Counted from the first letter of the whole stretch, positions 10,980-24,174 are shown. The stretch is DNA of 62,836 nt, filler included, from 13 parts of 13 records of this genome joined end to end with filler, not necessarily neighbours in it, one strand, 5' to 3'. Program-made: numbers and translations. Notes: generated by a model from the letters alone, not told the origin.

Positions 10980-12679
10980 GCCAGAGAATTACTATTGATC
11001 CGGTAACCCGTATTGAGGGGCATTTACGCATCGATTGCGAAATCGAAAATGGCGTCGTTTCGAAAGCATGGGCTTCCGGTACCATGTGGCGCGGCATGGA
11101 AGAGATCGTGAAAAACCGCGATCCGCGCGATGCATGGATGATTGTGCAACGTATCTGTGGCGTATGTACTACCACTCACGCGCTGTCTTCCGTTCGTGCG
11201 GCAGAAAGTGCGCTGAATATCGACGTTCCGGTTAACGCGCAATACATCCGTAACATCATTCTGGCTGCGCACACCACGCATGACCATATTGTTCATTTCT
11301 ATCAGCTTTCGGCGCTGGACTGGGTGGACATCACTTCTGCACTGCAAGCTGACCCAACCAAAGCCTCCGAAATGCTGAAAGGCGTTTCGACCTGGCACCT
11401 GAACAGTCCGGAAGAGTTCACCAAAGTTCAGAACAAGATCAAAGATCTGGTTGCCAGCGGTCAGTTGGGTATTTTCGCTAATGGCTACTGGGGTCATCCG
11501 GCGATGAAACTGCCGCCGGAAGTGAACCTGATTGCGGTAGCGCACTACCTGCAAGCGTTGGAGTGCCAGCGTGACGCTAACCGCGTCGTGGCGCTGCTGG
11601 GCGGTAAAACGCCGCACATTCAGAACCTGGCGGTAGGTGGTGTCGCGAACCCGATCAACCTCGACGGTTTGGGCGTGCTGAACCTTGAGCGCCTGATGTA
11701 CATCAAGTCTTTCATCGACAAACTGAGCGACTTTGTTGAGCAGGTTTATAAGGTTGATACCGCAGTTATTGCCGCGTTCTACCCGGAATGGCTGACACGC
11801 GGTAAAGGTGCGGTGAACTACCTGAGCGTGCCGGAATTCCCGACCGACAGTAAAAACGGCAGCTTCCTGTTCCCGGGCGGCTACATTGAGAATGCGGATC
11901 TGTCCTCGTATCGTCCGATCACTTCTCATTCCGATGAATACCTGATCAAAGGCATTCAGGAAAGCGCGAAGCACTCCTGGTATAAAGACGAAGCGCCGCA
12001 GGCACCGTGGGAAGGCACCACCATTCCGGCTTATGATGGTTGGTCTGACGACGGGAAATATTCCTGGGTGAAATCACCGACTTTCTACGGCAAAACGGTA
12101 GAAGTGGGGCCACTGGCTAATATGCTGGTGAAACTGGCGGCAGGTCGCGAATCTACCCAGAACAAACTGAATGAAATCGTTGCGATTTATCAGAAACTGA
12201 CTGGCAACACGCTGGAAGTGGCACAGCTGCACTCCACGCTGGGCCGTATTATTGGTCGTACCGTTCACTGCTGTGAATTGCAGGATATCCTGCAAAACCA
12301 ATACAGTGCACTGATCACCAATATCGGCAAAGGCGATCACACCACCTTTGTGAAGCCGAACATTCCGGCAACGGGTGAATTCAAAGGTGTTGGCTTCCTC
12401 GAAGCGCCGCGCGGTATGCTCTCTCACTGGATGGTTATTAAAGACGGTATCATCAGCAACTACCAGGCGGTTGTTCCATCAACCTGGAACTCTGGTCCGC
12501 GTAACTTCAATGATGACGTCGGTCCTTACGAGCAGTCGCTGGTGGGTACACCGGTTGCCGATCCGAATAAACCGCTGGAAGTGGTGCGTACCATTCACTC
12601 CTTTGACCCGTGCATGGCCTGTGCGGTACACGTAGTGGATGCTGACGGCAACGAAGTGGTTTCAGTGAAGGTTCTGTAA
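10976..12679 (+). CDS. hybC: Hydrogenase-2 large subunit
   Basis: RICGVC and DPCMACAVH Ni-binding motifs. Confidence 0.97.
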   Translation: MSQRITIDPVTRIEGHLRIDCEIENGVVSKAWASGTMWRGMEEIVKNRDPRDAWMIVQRICGVCTTTHALSSVRAAESALNIDVPVNAQYIRNIILAAHTTHDHIVHFYQLSALDWVDITSALQADPTKASEMLKGVSTWHLNSPEEFTKVQNKIKDLVASGQLGIFANGYWGHPAMKLPPEVNLIAVAHYLQALECQRDANRVVALLGGKTPHIQNLAVGGVANPINLDGLGVLNLERLMYIKSFIDKLSDFVEQVYKVDTAVIAAFYPEWLTRGKGAVNYLSVPEFPTDSKNGSFLFPGGYIENADLSSYRPITSHSDEYLIKGIQESAKHSWYKDEAPQAPWEGTTIPAYDGWSDDGKYSWVKSPTFYGKTVEVGPLANMLVKLAAGRESTQNKLNEIVAIYQKLTGNTLEVAQLHSTLGRIIGRTVHCCELQDILQNQYSALITNIGKGDHTTFVKPNIPATGEFKGVGFLEAPRGMLSHWMVIKDGIISNYQAVVPSTWNSGPRNFNDDVGPYEQSLVGTPVADPNKPLEVVRTIHSFDPCMACAVHVVDADGNEVVSVKVL

Positions 12680-13173
12680 TGCGTATTTTAGTCTTAGGGG
12701 TCGGCAATATTTTGCTGACCGATGAAGCCATCGGTGTGCGGATTGTCGAAGCGTTAGAGCAACGATACATTCTGCCGGATTATGTTGAGATCCTCGATGG
12801 CGGCACGGCGGGAATGGAGCTGCTTGGCGACATGGCAAATCGCGATCATTTGATTATTGCGGATGCCATTGTCTCGAAAAAGAACGCGCCGGGAACGATG
12901 ATGATCCTGCGGGATGAAGAAGTTCCGGCGTTGTTTACCAACAAAATCTCTCCGCATCAGCTTGGCCTGGCCGACGTCTTGTCGGCCCTGCGCTTCACCG
13001 GCGAGTTTCCGAAAAAGCTGACCCTGGTCGGCGTGATCCCGGAATCGCTGGAGCCACACATCGGCTTAACGCCGACGGTTGAAGCAATGATTGAACCTGC
13101 GCTTGAGCAGGTTCTGGCTGCGCTGCGTGAATCTGGCGTGGAAGCCATCCCACGGGAGGCGATTCATGACTGA
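12679..13173 (+). CDS. hybD: Hydrogenase-2 maturation protease
   Basis: GVGNILLTDEAIG motif. Confidence 0.96.
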   Translation: MRILVLGVGNILLTDEAIGVRIVEALEQRYILPDYVEILDGGTAGMELLGDMANRDHLIIADAIVSKKNAPGTMMILRDEEVPALFTNKISPHQLGLADVLSALRFTGEFPKKLTLVGVIPESLEPHIGLTPTVEAMIEPALEQVLAALRESGVEAIPREAIHD

Positions 13174-13354
13174 AGAGATAGCAGGTTTCCAGACCTCCCC
13201 GAAGGCGCAAGTACAGGCAGCGTTTGAAGAAATTGCCCGGCGTTCGATGCACGATCTCTCTTTTCTGCATCCTTCAATGCCGGTGTATGTTTCTGATTTT
13301 ACGCTGTTCGAAGGTCAGTGGACGGGGTGTGTGATCACCCCGTGGATGCTGAGT
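13166..13354 (+). CDS. hybE: Hydrogenase-2 chaperone (3' truncated)
   Basis: MTEEIAGFQTSP... overlapping hybD stop. Confidence 0.9.
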
Positions 13355-13454
13355 NNNNNNNNNNNNNNNNNNNNNNNNNNNNNNNNNNNNNNNNNNNNTT
13401 AATTAATTAANNNNNNNNNNNNNNNNNNNNNNNNNNNNNNNNNNNNNNNNNNNN

Positions 13455-15742
13455 ATTAACGCCTCAGATGTTTGTTTTGGCGCATCTCCACAGGGCTTGT
13501 GTAGCTTCATCACACACAGTGCTCACAGAGCGACTCTCAGAACGTACGTTCACGGCGTCCAGCAGCGGGATCAGCGCACCGACACCGGTCTTGACCTCAT
13601 TGAGCCACCGTGCGCTCCAGTTCCACTGAGTGCGCCGCTCCTCCAGCACCTGCGCTGCACGCACGAGTTTGGCGTCCGCTTCGTCGAGCAGTCGGTTGTT
13701 GCTGTTGAGCGTGGTGCCCATGTACCGCAGCTCGTTGCGCTCAGCACGGAGCCGCTTCTGCAACCGCCACACACAGACACGCACACATGTACACACAGGC
13801 ACATACACACACATACACATGAGGGACGAAAAGTCTGATGGGATGGTGTATGCATCACTCAAACGCAAGTACACGAACGATGATACACACGTTCCTCCAA
13901 AATACGTAAGCAGACAAACGTGCAACACGCTCACACACAAGACGCACCAGCTCCATCACGGCCTGGTCCAAGCGTATCTCCTGTTCCGTGCGCGCTGTTT
14001 GCAGAGTGTCTGTGAACTCTTTCTGATAGAGCACGCGCTGCACAAGCTCGTGTATGTCAGAAACCCCCGTCTCCTCCCGTATTCTCTCGTATGCCTCTTG
14101 ATAAGTTTTCACGCGCTCCATTTGCGCAATGTCCTCCAACGTCCGCGCCGGTTTCTACATCACAGGCACGTGTGAGAGAAGGAAGGCAATAATCGAAGGT
14201 AATCAGTAAGAAGACAAGGATTACGGAACGAGCACGAGGTGTACAGACATGCGAAATCAAACCATGCGCTCGGTAGTCCGTTCACACACCCTCATCTGTT
14301 TGAGCAGCTGCATCTGCGGTGACACACTGGGAGACGAATCGGGTGTCTTGACCGCACGTTCATCGAGCGCCTGCAATGCACTCACTTGCCATTCCACCAT
14401 CTTCCCATAATTCAACAAAATTTTCTCATTCTCCTGAGCGCGCTCGTCTGCTTGACTCTGCACTTGCTCTACCTCCACCTGCGCACAACCATACCCCACC
14501 CAGCATTAACAACCAGTGCACACCGACCTCTTTGGTCAGACGCAGATATAACCGTAAAGGCATGATACAGGTACATGCATTGAACCAGATACGAGTTTTC
14601 CTTCGATCATTGGAGTGCATACAGCAGCACGGACACATTAACATTGCTGTTGCACCAGGGTTCTACTTCGTGAACGTACCTCTGCTTGACGTAGCTCCGT
14701 CTCCGCCTGCTTGTGTTTGAGAATCCACTCTTCATACTCATGCTCTGTGCTCTTTGTACATTGCCGAAGACGCTTCAGTTTGTCTTCTGCGACCGTGTTC
14801 TCTGCCTAACATCGCAGTGTTCGTGAGCGGATATCTATCCTTCACGACGCCCGGCATATACAGTAACATACTTCATATCACGGACCAGCAACTGAGGCGC
14901 CATCAACATGAAGCGAATCCGCATCACACAACACCGCGCAAGAACCGAGCTAGTTACACGTACCTTTAGGCGGTCCACCATCGTATCACACATTCGGTTG
15001 TCCTTGTCTAGCTCTAACTGTTTTCCCTTCACCTCATCGATTTCTCTTTGAAACGCGAGCATTCTCTGTGCAGTATCGCACGTAAGTACAGATGCAAAGA
15101 AAAGGATACAAAGTTCAGTGCCTTTTCCGTAACCGGAATAGCGGAGAATAAATCCTTTCTGAGTGAAGAAGACGCGTTATACTGTTCGCGTAAAATCCTC
15201 TCCTTCTTCGTCAACTCCGCTGTGTGGGCCACTTCCTTGTTCAGCTGTTTGCCGAGCACCACGTTGGTTTTGCTCATGGTTTCTGACAGATGACTCATCT
15301 AATGTGTACAACACGCATGAGAAGAGCAAACTACGAATAGGTCTCGCTACCTTCCGCACAGTCGAAATCTGCTCTTTCAGCTGCTTCTGTTTAGATAACA
15401 GATCAGCTATTTCTGCATCCATGGCGCGTTTTAGTTTCTCATTTGGGTGCAATTGCATTTCCTCAAATTCATAAATCACTACGCCATTCACATCAATCAG
15501 ATACACCTCATCAGCGTGTTCGTCGTACCTCGTTCCACAGCCTGAGGCGATATCTGGCGTGTTGCAGTGAGCGCCGACAACAGCGTAACGTTAGTGAGTT
15601 GCGGCGGAGTCCAGTCGATGGTCTGAATCTGAACATCTTCGGACGATGTTGGCGAGGGAGGCAGCGCTGGTGCCGGAGAATCCATGGGAGCCGGCGTAGA
15701 GACCGACACGGGCGGCGGATCTTCTATTGCCTCAGCCATCAT
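13455..15742 (-). CDS. Eukaryotic spliced gene: coiled-coil protein resembling outer-dynein-arm docking subunit CCDC151/ODAD3 (3' truncated)
   Basis: Hand-spliced GT-AG exons 15742-15529, 15478-15351, 15298-15110, 15065-14964, 14805-14680, 14478-14290, 14154-13948, 13757-13548 keep frame (~455 aa). Contains YQEAYERIREETGVSDIHELVQRVLYQKE, ELRYMG and LNEVKTGVGAL. Confidence 0.65.
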
Positions 15743-16331
15743 TTCGCATGGACGTGTCCGTGCTGCATCAGAGTCGGCTGTTAGAGAAATGGCGCGTACG
15801 TCTACGCATTGGGGTGAAAGACTCGGCGCACGTGATTCCCCGCACACTGCGATCGGCGCTCGCCGTTCCAAATCTACATGTCTCTCGGGCCGGAATTTGA
15901 CTCTCGCCGGAGGAGAAACGGTGCCTCTGACTACGTTAATATCATATATCAACTCCACTCGATGAATCGGTGTTTCGCGGTGTCTGTTTTTACTTTGGTT
16001 TGTTTGTTGTTTCTTGAATACCGCGTGCGTGTTATTGAGCGTTCCATACCCCAAACCGCTGGGCATGCGCGCGTAGCGATATTGGTGCGTACACACTAGA
16101 CAACGGCGGTAACACGATGACTAACCTTTAGATAGCTATCATAGGACAAATTACAAATGACACATTACTCATCATCATAACGCGAGTGGCACGAAGCCGG
16201 TCGCTCGCGTTCTCCAGACGCAGCTTTTCCGTGCGTGCGTGCAGTCGGGAGACACCACCGCAACCAGCACCACAACACAGCCAGTATAGTGCTAACAACA
16301 AAGTCATAAAAAACAATGAAGTGTCCGGAGG

Positions 16332-19300
16332 TTAGGCTTTCGCCGCCGCGTTCCACGACAAATTCGATGTGGGTGTGGCTCTTGTGTCTGCGGTCGCCGC
16401 ATGGTGAGCACTGCCAGACACAGGCGTGCCAGAACTCTCCGCCGGAGCATTGGTAGAGGCGGCTGTTGGCACCAAACGGACGGGCGGGGGGCGCCTCCTC
16501 CGTACGAGCAGAGGTATCCACGTCTGTCAGCATAGCGCGCAGGACCGTAATGATGGCCTGTGACAAAAGGGACAGGGGGGTGAGCGGGTAACACAAGAAA
16601 AGAAAGTGAAATGCAGAAGAGGAATCCTTACATGTGAGTGAATACAGAACAACGCACAACACGCAGCCGCAAAAAAGACGCACACGTATGGCAAGCATGA
16701 ACATACCTTCATGTTCTCCTTGGGCGCTGTGCTCGAGATACCGCCCTTGTGCGAGTTGAGCTGCCGGAACACAAACTGCAGGTCGGATTCGAGCGACCGC
16801 AGGGTTTGATTCACCGTCGAGCCCACCGTTCTGTAACACACACGCATACATACACAATAAGCACAAAATAACACACTCAGAACATCAGCATGGGAGACTA
16901 AGAACACAGCCACGGATCTCTTGAACTTCACGGAACACACGCGGCGTGGAGAGACAGAGAGAACAACACACGCAACACAACAACATACAGAGTGGAGAGG
17001 ATCCCGCGTGCATAGCTGTCCATCAACTGGAACACGGTCCCCAGCTTGTCCTGCAAGTCAAACGTGATGCCGTTGCTGCGGCACATGCCAAAGAGCACGT
17101 TGTAGTGCACGCCCGTCAGCGCAGGGTGGTGCAGGCCCTCAAACATGGTGTAGTAGCGCCGTTGAGCCTCCTGTGTGTGCAGAGAAGAGCAATCGTGAGA
17201 TGGGAGAAAACACCAACACAGACTCTCTCTCTGTCCCACATACACAACACGGAGAGATAAAGAACCAACCATCACCCAGCACATAACTCTTTCTTACAAT
17301 GGCAACACAAGCACGGTAGCGTACCGCAGACCCCTCGGGCATGTGGTAGTACGCGCCCTCCTGCACGTCGAACCATCCCTTGATGAGGTAGTGAAACAGC
17401 GCGTACGACATCGCAGTCGGCGTGGGGCGCAAGTTGAGATCAACAGCCCACAGCTTTTGTGAGTACTGCACAGCAGTGTGAGAAAAACACGCCACTCAGA
17501 GAGATATCAAACAACACGAAACACAGCGCACACTATGCCATGCAAACCATGAGCCCACAGCAACAACTCAAATCTGTATTTCTTCGCGAATGCAAGAAGC
17601 AGAACAAAAACACAGCAAACTTGCAATAGAACGTGAGCGGGGCCTCGTACCTCTTCCTGGCTCCAGTACACCACAAAGTCAATCCCCACGTGACCGATAA
17701 TGTTCTTGGCATGGCAGGCTTTGCCAATGGCCACACACGCATCGCGGAAGGGACCAGCAGGCACAGATGTCTGCAGTGGTCGCATACAGTGAGAAACGAA
17801 GCAACCCTAGACCGACGAAAGAAGACAAAGATAATAGACGGAGAATATGCGAATGACAGATAAACGTTGGAGTGCACAAGCATCGACATGATTTGAAAGC
17901 TCGCGAGACTCTGCTCGTCAACAAAACCAGCAAATACAGCACGCGACGCAGGCCATACCTGCGGGAATGCGGCCCCGGCAAACACATAAGGTCTGACAAA
18001 GATCTGATCGTGAGAGGAGACGAGCTGCACGGTGCCGTCGGGCTCAATGAGAATGTTCGCGGACGGGCTGGAGACCACACGGTCCGGACTCGCTTCAATC
18101 ACACCGCCTACGACACCAAACAAAAACCAAAAACAATAAGTAAGAGGAACGCACTTACACGACTACAGAACATGAAGCGAGAAGATGAACCTGACAGAGC
18201 GCAGCCGAAAAAGCCGGCGACACACGTACCAACCGAAGTGAACGCAGCAATGTATTTTCTCCAGGACCGCGCGTGCACCGCCGGTTGCGCATACTGAACC
18301 ACCGCGGGGAGCACATCGGCCAGCATGTTGGCACGGAGCTGGACCGAGGCTGCCATCACGTCCTTCGGGAGCAGCGTCACATCTGCGACAAGACAAAATA
18401 CAGCTGGGTTATTCCGATGCAAAGAAGGGTATATACGCACGGGGGCTGTACCTCTCCGCACACAACAATCCACATACACTCTCGCTCCTTCTATTATCTT
18501 AAGAGCACACAAAAAACATACCGAAATAGGCCAGCCCGCGCCCGCTCATCTCATCATCGATCTTGAAAATCCACCGCCGCACAGACGGGTGTTGCACGAG
18601 CAAGGTAGACAGATTGAGATAGAACTCTGTCTCTGTGTAGATGTCGTACATGCCGGGCGGTATGTTAACCTCCGCAGCGGTGAACACACGCTTGGAGCCT
18701 GCATACAGTAATGGCGCGAACGCACGAACGTGAGAAAACAGAATACACTAACAAAACGTAGATGCATGTCCACAACCACCACCACAAGCGCACAACAACT
18801 CGCCCACAGCACAACAGCAGCAAGCAACAACAACGACAACACAACCACAACCTCCGCAGTACACACACTCCATCATTACAACAGCATCCCCCGTACAGCT
18901 CACATCGCGTACCCGACTTGCTCGCGTATAGATGGGCCACATCCGGCGCAGGTGCGAGACAAGGTACATCCAGGTCCTAAGGAGTGGCACATACATTGTA
19001 AGCACGCGTGAAAAACAAACGACAAGATCACCCGCGCACACATACAGACACACACACACGCGCAAACACACACGCACACACACGCACCAGCGAAAGCATC
19101 ATCTCGTCGTAGCCCATAACGGTGGGCACAAGATAGGCGGTCTTGCCCTTGATAAAGTTTCGGATACGCTTCAAGCAGCGTGGCGAGTACCGCAACACCG
19201 CAGAGAGCGAGTAATGTTCTGGGAATCTGTCGCCACGCAATCAGAACCTCGAGAAACAAACAAACAATACGCGGTACACAAGGGAGAGACAGAAAGCAGA

Positions 19301-20874
19301 CAGAAAGCGTGGCGCATCTTGATAACAAGAAGGAAGATCGTACACAAACGTACTTGACAAAATTTTCCGGATACACGAACCGAACGCGAACGTCCGGATT
19401 CTGGCAACCGCCGAGCTGCAATAACTTATTATAGTACTGTACAACATCCTCTGGCAAGGGGAAGGGAGAAACATAAATAACATCCACGTTTTCGTCGGCC
19501 ACGTCGCATAACCTGCAACAGCACCAAGCTCAGTTAGTTCGACAGCAAACAGAGAGACAAGCGCACACAAACGACCACAAATGACGGTAGTACATGAGAC
19601 GCACTTGCACGTTTCAACTCCTCTCCACCAGCTTCATAAACGAAACAAAAGCCAACACACCACACGCACAATACTCGCACGCACACACACGTACCGAGCC
19701 AGCTGTGCGTTCTGCAGCGACGCATAAAACGGCGTGGAGACCCGCTGATGCTCCTCAAGAGATAAGGACGGGAGATGAATGATGGTGCGCCTGCGTGTTT
19801 TGACCTGGGGCCATTGTCGTATAAACACATCCTGCCGTGCACGCCACTGCGCGTCCTTGGCTTTGCGCGCATCCTACACAAACACACAGTCAATCGAGTT
19901 TTGTGCGTACACGGGCCGAAAGGATGCAGACACTGAAGGACGGTGCCACGAGAGATATGGCGCAGAATGCACTCAAGCCTCAGAGAGCACGACACGGAAG
20001 CATTTCGTGAAACAACAACGCCACCTGTAATGCTACCAGCAGAGCGAGTACGTACCGCGATGGCTCTGCGCGTGTTGACTTTGGCGGAGTACATGCGCCA
20101 CATGGTCTGAATGGCGATCGCGGCCGCACGCTGTACGTAGTGCGCCAGAAAGTGGCGTCGTTCCCGATGCATTTTGTATGTGGCCTGGGCAATGGGCACA
20201 CGCACGTGAGCATCGTTCGGGTAATCCGTTTCACGGAAAACATCACATCACAGACAACAACAGCAACAATAACAACAGACCGCGGGATGTGAGAACTACT
20301 ATAGGTATCACAGACACACGGCTGTGCGAAAAAACACACTTACACTCTACTCTTCTCAACACAAACATGAACATACATAACGCTGAGACGGGATGAACGG
20401 TAGCCAGCCGATGAACAGAAACACACGTACCGCGATCTTTGTTGCCGCAGCAGCCTCGCCCCTTTCTCCCTTGTACCGCTGTCCCGCCGTCGCAAGCAGC
20501 GGCGCAACCTACGCGGGATGAGAATGATATGTTGACACGCACAGGAGAGACGGACATATGAAGATGACTGGCACACAGAAGATAACGACACACTACACTC
20601 ACACACGATGTACCGTGAAATGATCCCACATAAACAACAAACGACAGCGACGCACGCAGCACACTCTGAACAACACAATAGCAGATACACCAGACGGCTG
20701 CATCAGAACACAACACACGACACACATACATACACAGAGAAACACCCTAAAGCCGATTGCAGCATACCTCATCGATGTTGACAACGCATCGCAGGAGCTC
20801 CCTCTGCGAGGGTGTCCCCAGGTCGTCACTGGCCAAGCGCTCCACCTCGTGCCCATCGATGTACACCAGCGTGA
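16332..20874 (-). CDS. Eukaryotic spliced gene: IQ-motif-containing protein H-like (IQCH-like), 5' truncated
   Basis: 15 hand-spliced GT-AG exons with consistent phases: 20874-20768, 20508-20431, 20184-20056, 19873-19695, 19512-19354, 19226-19088, 18976-18913, 18698-18522, 18382-18230, 18107-17959, 17770-17651, 17465-17325, 17170-16989, 16830-16707, 16557-~16332. Motifs: IQTMWRMY, RRTIIHLPSL, NVDVIYVSP, KSGSKRVF, RWIFKIDDE, GGVIEASP, LWAVDLNLR. Confidence 0.8.
19036..19087. repeat. Imperfect (CA)n/(TG)n microsatellite in an intron; similar tracts near 13768-13820, 20878-20895, 21016-21035
   Basis: gcacacatacagacacacacacacgcgcaaacacacacgcacaca... Confidence 0.75.
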
Positions 20875-21305
20875 CTGCACGCACACACACACACGCCATC
20901 ACATGAGAAGGGAAGCACAGAATGCGTGTGACGAAAGAATTGCTTTGAGAGAGGACATAAACCCCTGCTCCCATTGTTCGCAGCCAGTCTCATCCAATAC
21001 ACAGGAAACATGGCAACGCACACACGCACACACGCATCGGACACACGTTGGACGCATATCTACACCNNNNNNNNNNNNNNNNNNNNNNNNNNNNNNNNNN
21101 NNNNNNNNNNTTAATTAATTAANNNNNNNNNNNNNNNNNNNNNNNNNNNNNNNNNNNNNNNNNNNNAAAGTTTGAATAAAAGGATAGCGAGGGGAATGAG
21201 TTGAGTTATGTAAAGTCCGTATCGGGCAGTGACTACCGCTTCCTTGTGCGGGGCGTGATGCTTTACCATACTTGCCCCTGGTTGAATCTGTTAAATGGAC
21301 CCCTC

Positions 21306-22391
21306 ATGTTCAAGCGTCGTTATGTAACATTGCTTCCCCTTTTTGTGTTGCTTGCCGCCTGTAGCAGCAAGCCAAAACCTACTGAGACTGATACGACCAC
21401 CGGAACGCCGTCTGGCGGCTTCCTGCTTGAGCCGCAGCACAATGTGATGCAGATGGGCGGCGATTTCGCTAATAACCCGAATGCCCAGCAGTTCATCGAC
21501 AAAATGGTGAACAAACACGGTTTCGATCGTCAGCAGTTGCAGGAAATTCTCTCCCAGGCGAAGCGTCTGGATTCGGTACTGCGGCTGATGGATAACCAGG
21601 CACCAACCACATCGGTGAAACCGCCATCAGGTCCGAACGGCGCATGGCTCCGTTATCGCAAAAAATTTATTACGCCGGACAACGTGCAGAACGGTGTGGT
21701 TTTCTGGAATCAGTATGAAGATGCGTTGAATCGCGCGTGGCAGGTGTATGGAGTACCGCCGGAAATTATCGTCGGGATTATCGGCGTTGAAACCCGCTGG
21801 GGGCGCGTGATGGGGAAAACTCGCATCCTCGATGCGCTGGCAACGCTGTCATTTAACTACCCACGCCGCGCGGAGTATTTCTCTGGCGAGCTGGAAACCT
21901 TCCTGTTGATGGCGCGCGACGAGCAGGACGATCCGCTCAATCTGAAAGGTTCCTTTGCCGGGGCGATGGGCTACGGACAGTTTATGCCGTCGTCTTACAA
22001 ACAATATGCGGTAGATTTCAGCGGCGACGGGCATATCAACCTGTGGGATCCGGTTGATGCGATCGGTAGCGTGGCGAACTATTTCAAAGCGCACGGCTGG
22101 GTGAAAGGCGATCAGGTCGCGGTAATGGCAAACGGTCAGGCTCCAGGCTTGCCAAATGGCTTCAAAACTAAGTACAGCATTTCGCAGCTTGCCGCCGCAG
22201 GTTTAACGCCACAGCAGCCGCTGGGCAACCATCAACAAGCCAGCCTGCTGCGTCTGGATGTTGGCACCGGCTACCAGTACTGGTACGGTCTGCCGAACTT
22301 CTACACCATCACCCGTTACAACCACAGCACCCATTACGCAATGGCGGTCTGGCAGTTAGGACAAGCCGTGGCGCTGGCGCGAGTACAGTAG
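21306..22391 (+). CDS. mltB: Membrane-bound lytic murein transglycosylase B
   Basis: MFKRRY...LAAC lipobox, GVETRWG catalytic motif, 361 aa. Confidence 0.96.
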   Translation: MFKRRYVTLLPLFVLLAACSSKPKPTETDTTTGTPSGGFLLEPQHNVMQMGGDFANNPNAQQFIDKMVNKHGFDRQQLQEILSQAKRLDSVLRLMDNQAPTTSVKPPSGPNGAWLRYRKKFITPDNVQNGVVFWNQYEDALNRAWQVYGVPPEIIVGIIGVETRWGRVMGKTRILDALATLSFNYPRRAEYFSGELETFLLMARDEQDDPLNLKGSFAGAMGYGQFMPSSYKQYAVDFSGDGHINLWDPVDAIGSVANYFKAHGWVKGDQVAVMANGQAPGLPNGFKTKYSISQLAAAGLTPQQPLGNHQQASLLRLDVGTGYQYWYGLPNFYTITRYNHSTHYAMAVWQLGQAVALARVQ

Positions 22392-22535
22392 CTATTTACA
22401 AGAGGGGGGCGTGAGCTTCCCTCTGGCTAATCAGCTTTTTTCTGAATCCTCCTCGTAAAATTGCAACGCCAACACCATCTTCCTGACGAAAGTGCTATCT
22501 TGTCCGGCATAAATTTTTGACTGACAGAGGTTGTG

Positions 22536-23029
22536 ATGACTGACAGTGAACTGATGCAGTTAAGTGAACAGGTTGGGCAGGCGCTGAAAGCCCGTGGCGC
22601 AACCGTAACAACTGCCGAGTCTTGTACCGGTGGTTGGGTAGCGAAAGTGATTACCGATATTGCCGGTAGCTCCGCCTGGTTTGAACGCGGATTTGTCACC
22701 TACAGTAACGAAGCCAAAGCGCAGATGATCGGCGTACGCGAAGAGACGCTGGCGCAGCATGGCGCGGTGAGTGAACCCGTCGTGGTGGAAATGGCGATAG
22801 GCGCACTGAAAGCGGCTCGTGCTGATTATGCCGTGTCTATTAGTGGTATCGCCGGGCCGGATGGCGGCAGTGAAGAGAAGCCTGTCGGCACCGTCTGGTT
22901 TGCTTTTGCCACTGCCCGCGGTGAAGGCATTACCCGGCGGGAATGCTTCAGCGGCGACCGTGATGCGGTGCGTCGTCAGGCTACTGCGTATGCATTGCAG
23001 ACCTTGTGGCAACAATTTCTACAAAACAC

Positions 23030-23033
<4 letters not shown>
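22536..23033 (+). CDS. pncC: NMN amidohydrolase (CinA-like)
   Basis: AESCTGG motif; immediately upstream of recA. Confidence 0.95.

Positions 23034-24174
<1,141 letters not shown>

Noticed and set aside
21003-21017. RFX X-box-like sequence (ggaaacatggcaac) near the ciliary genes
   Set aside because: Only a half-site match, and it lies in apparent intron sequence rather than a promoter.
13464-21118. Dozens of short Cys/Val- or His/Thr-rich ORFs
   Set aside because: They are translations of TG/CA-rich introns and partial exons, explained by the spliced gene models.
13355-21166. Eukaryote-to-E. coli horizontal transfer or an inserted island
   Set aside because: Both junctions are artificial spacers, and spliceosomal introns could not be processed in E. 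coli.
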